Shown here: piece by piece, positions 8,628 through 17,415 of the stretch
Numbering within the stretch: the first letter of the stretch is position 1
Layout of the letters: each line of letters opens with the position of its first letter
Origin: a virus
DNA: 64,000 bases
Reading direction: 5' to 3' (one strand)
IMG/VR virus record: IMGVR_UViG_3300035670_000068
Span: 32,001 to 96,000 of that record
The notes under the pieces: generated by a model
The model's input: only the letters and a program-made list of their open reading frames with translations
What the model was told of the DNA's origin: nothing
Database searches by the model: none
Translations under genes and position numbers: made by a program

Positions 8628-8836
8628 GACAGGTACTCCATAGCAGCGTCGTAAACGGCAGCGGCGTCTTTGCCCGCTTGGACGACTGCTTCGCGAAGCG
8701 CGGCGTCGTCCAATGGGTCGAGATCGCCTTTTGCCACCATGTTCGTCACGATCTCAGTGGCTATCTCGCGTATCCGCTTGGTGCGCTCGTTTGCTTTCTG
8801 TTTGGCAATCGCCGGCTCAATCCAACTATCGTCCAT
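8624..8836 (-). CDS. Hypothetical protein
   Basis: GGAG RBS; first gene of the operon. Confidence 0.65.
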   Translation of the reverse strand: MDDSWIEPAIAKQKANERTKRIREIATEIVTNMVAKGDLDPLDDAALREAVVQAGKDAAAVYDAAMEYLS

Positions 8837-9105
8837 TTTGCTTACTCCGCTTGGTTGTGAAAGGTTAGCTCCGTAGCCCGCTCTCCCCTATTCCCGTTTT
8901 CGTCGTGACTCCCGGCAGTCCCATAACCCGTAGGTTGTGTAAGGGGTGAGGTTCTAGATTCCTCCTGCCGGCTGTGTAAGGACGACTTCCGGGTATTCGG
9001 CTCGCAGGCTCCTGTAGGGCCAGACTGTTAAACTTTTTTCTAAGACTTTGACACTTTGCATATATGCGCAAGTGTTCTAGATTCACACTCGCATATATAC
9101 ATATA

Positions 9106-9285
9106 TTATTGTTCGATAATATCATTCATCGCTTTAATATATAACTTCGCGCTTATTGCTTTAAGTGCGCGCATTTTCATCAGCTCAAACAATTGCGCTG
9201 CAACTTCAAACGATACAACTTTAACGCGATACTTCGTACTAACAATTACGCAGTCAGCGTTAATAACTCGAATATTGATGCTCAT
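9106..9285 (-). CDS. 59-aa protein lacking Gly/Pro/Trp
   Basis: MSINIRVINADCVIVSTKYRVKVVSFEVAAQLFELMKMRALKAISAKLYIKAMNDIIEQ*; GAGAG RBS-like; below the ORF-track cutoff. Confidence 0.5.
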   Translation of the reverse strand: MSINIRVINADCVIVSTKYRVKVVSFEVAAQLFELMKMRALKAISAKLYIKAMNDIIEQ

Positions 9286-9358
9286 ATATAATCTCTCGCT
9301 TATTTAATTATATATCTAGTGAGTTAGCTATTAACTAACTCACTAGATAGTGTACAAG

Positions 9359-9904
9359 TTACTTGCTGTAAACTTCGAGCAATGCTTTCAGAAACGCATT
9401 GCTATAATCGAAAGTTACTTTCTTATCACTTGCGCTGTACTGCGCGAAGCTAAAGAACTGAGCGAAAGTCTTAAAGTAGCTTGCTTGCGTCAGCGTTTCG
9501 TGCTGCATCTCGCGCTTGATCTGTTCGAGCGTCAAGCTAGCGTCGTGCTTTGCTGCGAGTCGCTGCAGCAGCGCGTCAAGCGCTTTGTCGCGTACTCGCG
9601 CAGAGTGCGCGACAGCTTCGAGCATTGCGATAGAACGCTTCTTACACTCGCGCGACTGCTGAGCGAGCTGCTTAGCGTCGAGCTTGTGCGAGTGCAGCAG
9701 CGCTAGCGCTTTTTCGCTCATATCTGCGAGCGCTTGAGTGTAAGTCTCGTGAGTGTGAGCGCGCTTTGCTGTTTTAGTGAGTGCGTCGCGCTCTTCTTGA
9801 GCTTCGACACTTTCGAGCTTTTGCAGCGCTTCATTTTTAACGCTTTCGTGCTCGTTAGCAGCTACAGCGAAAACATTCTTGATTGCTTCGATTGCTTTAG
9901 TCAT
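9359..9904 (-). CDS. 181-aa helical protein lacking Gly/Pro/Trp
   Basis: Start MTKAIEAIK preceded by AGAGAGAG; downstream of sigma70-like promoters; inside the GG/CC-free island. Confidence 0.75.
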   Translation of the reverse strand: MTKAIEAIKNVFAVAANEHESVKNEALQKLESVEAQEERDALTKTAKRAHTHETYTQALADMSEKALALLHSHKLDAKQLAQQSRECKKRSIAMLEAVAHSARVRDKALDALLQRLAAKHDASLTLEQIKREMQHETLTQASYFKTFAQFFSFAQYSASDKKVTFDYSNAFLKALLEVYSK

Positions 9905-10073
9905 GATTTTTCTCTCTCTTGAAAATTGCGCTTTTTGCGCTATTGATTTAAGTTTGATTTTCTTTGCTTCATTGTGCGCGACAGACTGCGCGCAGATAAA
10001 GCATCGATCTAGATTGTTAAAGAGCGTCGAGCTTTTCAGCTCTAGAGAGTGTGTTTCGTCTCTCTTGATGCAC

Positions 10074-10218
10074 AGTTTACAGCGTACAGGAACAGCGTCA
10101 AGCGTTTTTTGAGAAAAAATAGAATTTTTTCGACTTTTTTTAGTGCTCAAAAAATGATCAGTTTTGACTATCTATTACATGCGCGCACGCGAGTAGGACA
10201 GCTAGAAAAGTCTGTCAA
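10074..10218 (-). promoter_or_regulatory. Tandem sigma70-like promoters with A/T-tract UP elements
   Basis: TTGACG-16-TAAACT (10101-10074) and TTGACA at 10218-10213; both preceded by the same AAAAAACGC repeat. Confidence 0.6.
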
Positions 10219-10269
10219 GCGTTTTTTGTGCAAAATAGAAAATTCGCAAAAGTCAAGAAGATTTTTTTG

Positions 10270-10400
10270 GGTGAGGATCATCCGCATCGGCGGGCCGTCC
10301 GCACTTGAGGAACTCCCACGGATAAGGAAGGACCACGGTTGAGGATGATCCGCATCCGGGTCCACAGCCGTGGGTGAGGACGATCCGCATCCGCAGCCAA
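10270..10400 (+). repeat. Three direct repeats of TGAGGA(T/C)(C/G)ATCCGCATC
   Basis: Copies near 10272, 10340 and 10375. Confidence 0.75.
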
Positions 10401-10603
10401 GGGCGATCCTCAACCGAGGATCAGCCGTGGTGGTATGGCGCTCCCGCCACGGGGCTTGTTCATCCGGCAGCCTTATACCTAAAGGCCGCCATAGGAAAAT
10501 TCCTGGGCCACGGCTATCCCTATATAGGCGCTATGGAAACTCCCACGGTGACTCCCGGACTGACAAAAGAGCAGCTGCGGTGAACAACTGCTCTTGGCTG
10601 TGA

Positions 10604-10840
10604 TCAGTATTCAGCGGTCATGCTGACGAGATCATGGGGATCGTCTTGGTAGTAGTCGTCGAACAGCTTGGCGATAGCTCGCTCTTTGTCGGTGAGCACA
10701 ACAAACGGTCGTTCGTTCAGGTGCTCAGAGAAGACTTGAAAGTTGGCAGACGGGATGTGCTCGATGCGGCGTTCGACGATCTCGACGGTCAGCATGTCGG
10801 TGGATTCGTCGTACTGGACTACGGTGATTTCGTTTTTCAT
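10604..10840 (-). CDS. Hypothetical acidic protein
   Basis: 78-aa ORF with GAGA RBS-like sequence. Confidence 0.6.
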   Translation of the reverse strand: MKNEITVVQYDESTDMLTVEIVERRIEHIPSANFQVFSEHLNERPFVVLTDKERAIAKLFDDYYQDDPHDLVSMTAEY

Positions 10841-11075
10841 CTGGTTTCGATCTCTCGGTCTGTTCAGCGTCGAAGTGCGCTGAATCAGAGCGCATTTTAT
10901 CGTGCTGAGAACGGCAAGAGACGGCTCCTAAGCGTTTAGACGAGCTCACCCACGGGTTTTCTCAAACCTCGCTCAAAACGGCTTATAGAGCGTTCTAGAG
11001 GGGTATGCGCGTGGCCGGAATCCGGTGGACTGGACCTTACACGCGCATGGCCTGGTTTATATGGACTGGACCTGG

Positions 11076-11360
11076 TTAGACCAGCTCTTCCAGGCGAACC
11101 GACTTCTTGGACGGTGCTCGGGTCTGGAAGTCTTCCTGAGAAACGGGCTTGTACGTCCCGGCTTCGAGCTCGGCCAGGTATTTTTCCCATTCAGCTTGCT
11201 TGAGGTTGGCGGGTTTCTTACCAGGCTTCTGGTTCAGGATGGGCTTGATGTTTTCAGGGCTGGCGTAGCGGGTGACCTCCCCGCCGTAAATCTGCTCGTA
11301 GCGCTCGGTTTCGTGAGCGAGCATGGCGCGTAGTGCTTCTTTGCTCATGGCTTTACTCAT
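11076..11360 (-). CDS. Hypothetical protein
   Basis: GGGAG RBS, 94 aa. Confidence 0.65.
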   Translation of the reverse strand: MSKAMSKEALRAMLAHETERYEQIYGGEVTRYASPENIKPILNQKPGKKPANLKQAEWEKYLAELEAGTYKPVSQEDFQTRAPSKKSVRLEELV

Positions 11361-11561
11361 GGTTGAAGACTCCCGTTTGGTTTAGCTGATTCATCTGGCA
11401 GCGTCTAGCGCGCTGCTCAGACTTGAGTCTATCAACTATCTAACGGGCTAGTGAGTCTTGCGTAACTAAGCCCTTAGTGCTACCGGGTGCCAAGGGAGCC
11501 GTGGTGTGCCGTGGGTAAGCCTGCTCAAAAGAGAGCACCGTTGTAGGCGCTCTCCGGTAGA

Positions 11562-11798
11562 TCACTGACCAAAAACAGCCGCTGCTGGTTCGATTCGGCC
11601 GTAGTCTATGTCGGCAGCCCAGCACTGAATCTTGCCGTTCACATAGTTCACCGCTTCTTGCAGATTGGTGAACGTCTCATGATCCACCAGCTCGTTGATT
11701 TCGCTGTACTGGTGAAAGTCGTACAAGCCGTTTGCTTTCAAGGTGATCTCGAACAGATCACCCATGAAGTTGGCCTTGAAGATAACCATGTTTGCCAT
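11562..11798 (-). CDS. Hypothetical protein
   Basis: Start MANMVIF after GAGAGAAG. Confidence 0.6.
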   Translation of the reverse strand: MANMVIFKANFMGDLFEITLKANGLYDFHQYSEINELVDHETFTNLQEAVNYVNGKIQCWAADIDYGRIEPAAAVFGQ

Positions 11799-12303
11799 TT
11801 TTGCTTCTCTCGTCAGTGCAGCCTCTAGCGTGCTGCTCGACTTGTATTGTCTCAACTGACAAGCGGCATGAGCTGGCTCCCGGAGAGTGGTAACTGGCTA
11901 GCCGTGGTGCAGCCGTGGGTGAGCCTTATCCTGGGTAGACCTTGGTTCTGCCGTGGCGATGATCCGGGATTTACCGAGTGCCTACTGGTAAGCCGTGGTG
12001 CAGCCTATTCAGGTAGTGCCGTGGCTCACCAGGACTGCCAAGGTGTGCCTTGGAGCTGCCACGGTTGCCGTGGGTATTTCTACGGCAGCGCCTAACCGTG
12101 GCTAATTGGAAACCCAGCCTTATATATAAAAGGCCCTATGGAAAAATTCCCGCGCATGTACATGCCGTGGCGTGTATAGGCAAAAAAATAGCCCGATTAG
12201 AGGGGTTAGCTCTAACCGGGCTCAACAGTCAGTGGTTCGGGGAGACTGACTGAAACGAGAGGGAGGGTATTACAGCGCGCCCCCTGCCTGGCGCTGAAAC
12301 CGT

Positions 12304-12405
12304 TTAGCTGAGCTTGTTCCTGATCTTGACCAGTTCCCGGTGGCAATCGATCAGCTTGAACCAGACCAGTAGTAAGACTATTACACCAAGAGCCACTGGA
12401 ACCAT
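12304..12405 (-). CDS. 33-aa membrane peptide
   Basis: MVPVALGVIVLLLVWFKLIDCHRELVKIRNKLS*; AGG RBS; terminator-like hairpin downstream at 12182-12221. Confidence 0.4.
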   Translation of the reverse strand: MVPVALGVIVLLLVWFKLIDCHRELVKIRNKLS

Positions 12406-12878
12406 TTTGCGACCTATCTCTTTAGGTGCAGACTGGTTAAAAATCTAACCAGTCTATACTCAATCTTTTAGCCAGCTGACTGACGTTCTGTCTGTCTCGC
12501 TGCTCAGTTACTAGAACTATACAGACTGACTAGAGGCTGATCTTGTCTGCCAGGTAGGTAGAACTGTAATTCCAGAGGCATTACTACAGGTTGCCGTGGC
12601 AAAGGATAGAAACCACAACCAGACCAATCTAGTCTCGTACCTGTGTGTACCAGCGCACCCGTGGCCGGAATCTCATGGACTGGACCAAGCCTGGTAGCCA
12701 AGGACCGATGGACTCCTGTTCTGGTGAATGGGAGAGCGGTTAGAACGAGAGCGGGCTGCCGGGTGGTGTAAGAAAAGTTTTAGAACGGCTGAACGCACGA
12801 TGATTTGAATACAACCACCCCACCAATCTTTACTCTTACCTATTACACATCCCCTCTATGGTTCTCCATTTCCTTCCC

Positions 12879-13178
12879 CTATACCCAACCGTCTCTCTTT
12901 ACCAGATTCGTTTCATCCTCTAGCCATACGAAGCTAACCTCTCCTGGTGTTCTCTCACTAGGCATTGGTTGTCTCATATAGGGCGGAGGCTCAATTTCTA
13001 TTGCTGTGCATTGGGTAAGGTGCTTTACCTCTATTGGGTTTGTGACGCCTATGAGGTGCAGCCACAGATTGTCGTCGCTGTCTTGTCCTATGTAGCCGAT
13101 CTTCCAGTCGTGGTACTGGTTGAGCATGATCCAGTAGTGCTTACCGGCTTCAAGGTTCTCTTGCTTGAGTATGTTCAT
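12879..13178 (-). CDS. Hypothetical protein
   Basis: 99-aa ORF in the minus-strand array. Confidence 0.6.
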   Translation of the reverse strand: MNILKQENLEAGKHYWIMLNQYHDWKIGYIGQDSDDNLWLHLIGVTNPIEVKHLTQCTAIEIEPPPYMRQPMPSERTPGEVSFVWLEDETNLVKRDGWV

Positions 13179-13205
13179 TGGCGTGGTTCTTCTATCTCTA
13201 TGGTT

Positions 13206-13667
13206 TCAGACTGCTGCGTACCGGATCAGGTCGAATGCACGCTTCTCGTATTCACCTAACTGCTTGTAGGTTTCCCATGCTTGGGTAACTGTAGTAATCG
13301 GCGGCTCGTACATTTTGCGCATGATCTCTTTTTGGGAGTGAGACAGTCCTTCCCACCAATCCATTGCCAGTTCGTATTCTGGGTGCATGGAGTCAGCCAG
13401 GAGCTCTTCCATTGTTGCTTCACCCGGACCTCTGTGGGCATCGATGATCTCGAACATCTTTTCCATCGTCATGGGTTGAGAAGGCTGATTGGAGGTGAGC
13501 TTGTATTGATAGGTAGAACCGGGCTTGATTGTTCCTTGTCCTGAGCTTGAGAACGACAGGCTGCCTACGATCTCTTCCATGATCGGGATGATCATGTCCT
13601 TGTATTGGCTATCTATGTCGAAATCGATTGAGAGGTTCAGGACGATCCGGTTCTGGTTATCGGTCAT
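13206..13667 (-). CDS. Hypothetical protein
   Basis: Start MTDNQNR overlaps the upstream stop (ATGA). Confidence 0.7.
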   Translation of the reverse strand: MTDNQNRIVLNLSIDFDIDSQYKDMIIPIMEEIVGSLSFSSSGQGTIKPGSTYQYKLTSNQPSQPMTMEKMFEIIDAHRGPGEATMEELLADSMHPEYELAMDWWEGLSHSQKEIMRKMYEPPITTVTQAWETYKQLGEYEKRAFDLIRYAAV

Positions 13668-14152
13668 GAGAAGGCTCCAAAGGCTTGTGGTCTTGGCGGT
13701 GCTTTTGCTGCTGGTACAGGTTGCTCTTCTACCACTTCTCCGTCGATCTGGAACAGGTTTCTCAGGTGGTTGGTCAGGTAGGTGATTTCGTTTCGGTCGA
13801 GCCTTTCTTCTGTGAGCCTTCTCACTAGGATTTGGACGTAGGCTCTCCACGCTATCTTGAAGTCCTTGTATTCACCTGCGTCGGACTGATCCACCACCCA
13901 GACTTTCTTGGTGCCGTTCCATCCCAGGAACACCGGCATTCTGTAGGCTCCGTCGAAGATGAATTTGGCGAAGAACTGGCCATTGCTCTGGCTCATGTTC
14001 ACCGGGATTCCTTCGTCGTCCAGCTCAACGTCCCACAGGTAATGCAAGCCTGCTTCTGCTCTGCACAGGCCTTCTTCTGCCCGATTCATGTGGACCAGAA
14101 AGAACCTGGCGATCTCAGGGACTATCTTGGGATCGTGCTTGAGGTTTCTCAT
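13664..14152 (-). CDS. Hypothetical protein, paralog family A, C-terminal FGAFS
   Basis: Coupled ORF; shared F..AW..F/Y helix. Confidence 0.75.
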   Translation of the reverse strand: MRNLKHDPKIVPEIARFFLVHMNRAEEGLCRAEAGLHYLWDVELDDEGIPVNMSQSNGQFFAKFIFDGAYRMPVFLGWNGTKKVWVVDQSDAGEYKDFKIAWRAYVQILVRRLTEERLDRNEITYLTNHLRNLFQIDGEVVEEQPVPAAKAPPRPQAFGAFS

Positions 14153-14709
14153 GACCAGGTTCCGTATGAGCTTGGTTTCGGTGCTTGTGGCTGTGGCTCA
14201 ACCAGTGGCTTATTGGGGTCTTGAAGCCTGTACAGCTGCATGAGCAAGCGGGCGTCTATCGGGTTGCTGGTTATCGTGTGGCAGAAGCATTCCCAGGCCT
14301 TCTCGAAGGTCGTGAACCGCTGGTCGTCGTTGGGCTCTGTTATCCAGGTGCCGTCTGCGCCGATCTCGTCCGTGCAGACGATCCAGACCATTCTCTCGGG
14401 CTCCCAGACTATCCAGGCCGACCCTAGCCTCTTGCCATATTTGGCTACAGCCAGGGCGAACACACCGTCTTTGGCTACCGGCTCTTCAACCCTTCCAATG
14501 CTGTTCTCCCAGCTCTCGTAGTAGGCAAAGCCTGTGGGCAGCACCAGCACCTCGTCGGAATACTCGAACGAGATCAGGTGAGGGCTGCGCTTCAATTTGG
14601 TCAGGAAGTTCGGGGTGCCATCTACGCAGACCAGAAAGGCGGTTCTATCCCGGATTTCTTCGAACGATATGGCTCTGTTGACCAGGACGTTCTGGTATTT
14701 CTTGCTCAT
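14149..14709 (-). CDS. Hypothetical protein, paralog family A, C-terminal YGTWS
   Basis: Coupled ORF; TFEKAWECF. Confidence 0.75.
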   Translation of the reverse strand: MSKKYQNVLVNRAISFEEIRDRTAFLVCVDGTPNFLTKLKRSPHLISFEYSDEVLVLPTGFAYYESWENSIGRVEEPVAKDGVFALAVAKYGKRLGSAWIVWEPERMVWIVCTDEIGADGTWITEPNDDQRFTTFEKAWECFCHTITSNPIDARLLMQLYRLQDPNKPLVEPQPQAPKPSSYGTWS

Positions 14710-15194
14710 GACCAGGCTCCATAGAGTCTTGGCTTAGGTGTCTTGTCAGGCACTTTGCGAGGTGGCTCTTGAGCAGGTCGAGCCTCATCCCTGGCCAGGT
14801 AAACCAACATGGCCATCTTCATTTCAAACTCTTCGGAGCAAGAGCTGATCAGCTGGGAGAAGGTTGCCCAGGCATCGTGAAAATGGTCGTGGTATTCGTT
14901 CCCGGAGCACCAGCAGTTGCCTGTCCAGTAGACCTGGGCGATCACCTCTTGGTCCCGCACCAGCATGGCGAATCTCTGCTTGGCAGCCATGTTTCTCGGG
15001 ACATAAACCTCGCTGATCCGGGAGTGATCTCGAACCAGCTCCACGCCTTCTACGACCGTCAACCCCTCGTCGTTTCCGATGTGTGTCGTTACCGGCTTGA
15101 GGTTCACCGGCTTGTCGTAGAGGTCTTGACCAGGCTCATTGACCAGCTTTGGAATCATGGAGTGGTTGATCTTGATCCACACCACTTCACTCAT
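14706..15194 (-). CDS. Hypothetical protein, paralog family A, C-terminal YGAWS
   Basis: Start MSEVVW; HFHDAWATF. Confidence 0.75.
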   Translation of the reverse strand: MSEVVWIKINHSMIPKLVNEPGQDLYDKPVNLKPVTTHIGNDEGLTVVEGVELVRDHSRISEVYVPRNMAAKQRFAMLVRDQEVIAQVYWTGNCWCSGNEYHDHFHDAWATFSQLISSCSEEFEMKMAMLVYLARDEARPAQEPPRKVPDKTPKPRLYGAWS

Positions 15195-15715
15195 GAGAAG
15201 GCTCCAAAGCACTCAGGCTTTTTGACGGTCTTGATCTTGGTTGGCTTCACGGCGGTCGTTTGAGCCTTGTAGATTCGCTTCATGATCCTGGCCTGGTCTG
15301 GCTCAAGTGAAACCAGGTCTGCGAACTCTTCCCAAGCCTGCATGAACAACGGGAAGGTCTCGACCTCCTTAGTGGGCACAGCGTTCTTGCTGCCGGCGCT
15401 GACGTTGTTTACAACCCAGCAGCAGCCGTCAGTGCGGTCAGGCTCGTAGTAGATCGAAAACGAGCTCCATGAGCCTTTGGCGTTCTCGAAGCGGATCAAG
15501 GCTACCGGGTTCCAGTGCTCGTCTTGAAGCCTGTCGAACGGGAAGTCCCTGCCCTCTTCCACCTCGACGTTCACGAAGTCCCGTAGGTAGAGAATCTGGT
15601 CGCTGTCGTAAGCGCCCATGCCCTCCATGATGACCTGGTAGCCTTTTACCTCTTGGTCTTCGTTAAGCCAGGTCTCAAGCGGCCCGAGCATCAGTTCGTA
15701 GGACTTGGTGGTCAT
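15191..15715 (-). CDS. Hypothetical protein, paralog family A, C-terminal FGAFS
   Basis: Start MTTKSY; LFMQAWEEF. Confidence 0.75.
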   Translation of the reverse strand: MTTKSYELMLGPLETWLNEDQEVKGYQVIMEGMGAYDSDQILYLRDFVNVEVEEGRDFPFDRLQDEHWNPVALIRFENAKGSWSSFSIYYEPDRTDGCCWVVNNVSAGSKNAVPTKEVETFPLFMQAWEEFADLVSLEPDQARIMKRIYKAQTTAVKPTKIKTVKKPECFGAFS

Positions 15716-15936
15716 GCCCACTCCCCGAACGATTCAGGCTTCGGAGCTGGAATCCGGGATTGCTCGATCTTCTCCACATGGCGATCGATCGCTCGCTTCA
15801 TGAGTTCGGTTTCGCTGGGTATCTGCTTCATCAGGGCTCTGACGGCGGCAGCTCCTACCTCTGGAGGCAGCGGCTTGTGCATGGCCGCCTCCCGACGCTC
15901 AACCTCTTTCATCAGGTAGTCAAAGTAGTCCGACAC
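15712..15936 (-). CDS. Hypothetical protein, C-terminal FGEWA
   Basis: Likely GTG start after AGAGAGG; operator-like site at 15975-15992 upstream. Confidence 0.6.
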   Translation of the reverse strand: MSDYFDYLMKEVERREAAMHKPLPPEVGAAAVRALMKQIPSETELMKRAIDRHVEKIEQSRIPAPKPESFGEWA

Positions 15937-16345
15937 TTCCCAATGCCTCTCTGCGTTTATTAGTAAATGGTTAATAACTAACTCTCTAGTTAGTAGTATG
16001 ACAGTGAGGACTTGGGAATGACAGATCACCTCGTCCGGGAGCCTGTCTCTGGAAACGCTCTATAAGCTCGTCTGACGCTTGCCCATTTCGAAGCGCTATC
16101 TGCGCTCGTCTTTTTCGAGATCGTTCGATACCGCGCAAATCTGAGCGCTTCCCGAGCGCTTCCCTGCTCAGTCATCAGCTCAGTTTTCGACTAGCGCGGG
16201 TCTATGAACAAAATCGCAACTTTTGTTGCGCTCCCGGCAGGCTGAGAGCGTGACTTGGTGCGGGGTTGGAGCTACCCGAGGTGGCATTTTGTGAAGTTCA
16301 AGTTCACAGAGGTTCACGCCTCGGTTGATCATTTTTTGAGCAATA

Positions 16346-16368
16346 AAAAGCCCTCACTAGGAGGGCTT
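16346..16368 (-). terminator. Intrinsic terminator
   Basis: AAAAAGCCCTC-ACTAG-GAGGGCTT. Confidence 0.7.
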
Positions 16369-16371
16369 GGA

Positions 16372-16602
16372 TCACATGGCCATCTTGTATTCGTGGTACA
16401 GATAGTCGAGCAGAATGGCTTTCTTGGTGTCTCTGTCGAGAACCGACCACTGAGCTTCTGCTGGCGAGCCAGAGAAGAACATGGATGCGTTCATTCCGTC
16501 ACCCTGGTCGATGAAGTCCTGGATCAGCCTTACGGAGTCATCGAGGTCGCTGTACTCACAGGCGTCGTCGATCAGCTGCTTGATCTTGGTCAGGTGACTC
16601 AT
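16372..16602 (-). CDS. Hypothetical protein
   Basis: Start MSHLTK overlaps the upstream stop. Confidence 0.65.
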   Translation of the reverse strand: MSHLTKIKQLIDDACEYSDLDDSVRLIQDFIDQGDGMNASMFFSGSPAEAQWSVLDRDTKKAILLDYLYHEYKMAM

Positions 16603-16922
16603 TTCGGACCCCCAGCCTGCAGGCAAGCATAGACTTTGAGGCTGACTTCCAGATCACCGAACTCGTACAGACCGGCCTGGTATCCACCGGCGTCGTAGCT
16701 CTGCAGAACGTCCTCGTTGCGAATCTTGTCGCCAATTCGAACCACGTTCAGCACTCCGCTGATGTGGCGATCTGCATCGACGAAGGCAACCCGGTCGACA
16801 TACACCATCGAGCCATCGTCGCTCTTGTCTTCCTCGACCACCGTGTAGGCGATGCGCTGACCGTTGGTTAGGCAGTACATGCGGCCGGTGTTGAAGGCGT
16901 AGAACTTGTCGTTCATGGTCAT
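16599..16922 (-). CDS. Hypothetical protein
   Basis: GGAG RBS. Confidence 0.65.
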   Translation of the reverse strand: MTMNDKFYAFNTGRMYCLTNGQRIAYTVVEEDKSDDGSMVYVDRVAFVDADRHISGVLNVVRIGDKIRNEDVLQSYDAGGYQAGLYEFGDLEVSLKVYACLQAGGPK

Positions 16923-16998
16923 ACTCCGTTTACCCTTTCTCGCTTGTTTGTTGCTGTTGCGAGCATTTTACAAGCGAGATCGAGGCAGAAGGAGGCAA

Positions 16999-17415
16999 TT
17001 AGGACAGGCTAAGCGGGGGCCATTTGCTCAGATCGACACCGCACATGAGGCTCAGAACACCTTCGGGGATAGGCGAGAACCTGGGGAAAGACTCCTGGAC
17101 CCAATACTCGAAGCGCTGCTGGTCTGGCCAGAACACTCCATGCTGAGCAGCTGGTCCCATCCACATGCGAGCCCGGTAGTCGATGTAGGTGCCATCCGGC
17201 AGTTCGATCCACCAGTGAGTGACGCCAACCAGGTCGTCACCGGACACCGCTTCGTCATCCATGAGCGCGCGGTCAGTGAGTAGGCCTGTGTTGATGTGGT
17301 GATCGATGCCGTTCTTGTCCAGGAGCAGCGATATCACCCTGGACATGCCGTCACATTCCATGTGCCTGATTGGATCGAGGGGATCGAGCCAGGCCTGCAG
17401 CTTATCCACGCCCAT
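16999..17415 (-). CDS. Hypothetical protein (possible transglutaminase-like C-H-D triad)
   Basis: ECDGMS...THWWIEL...YIDY. Confidence 0.55.
   Translation of the reverse strand: MGVDKLQAWLDPLDPIRHMECDGMSRVISLLLDKNGIDHHINTGLLTDRALMDDEAVSGDDLVGVTHWWIELPDGTYIDYRARMWMGPAAQHGVFWPDQQRFEYWVQESFPRFSPIPEGVLSLMCGVDLSKWPPLSLS

Noticed and set aside
9905-10150. N-terminal extension of the 263-aa ORF 9359-10150
   Set aside because: It spans promoter and A/T tracts; a better RBS and start lie at 9904.
13664-15715. C-terminal motif as a mere by-product of GGAG plus ATGA translational coupling
   Set aside because: This may contribute in this cluster, but the motif persists with other codons and without coupling (24485, 25380, 23758), and coupling does not require Trp/Phe at -2.
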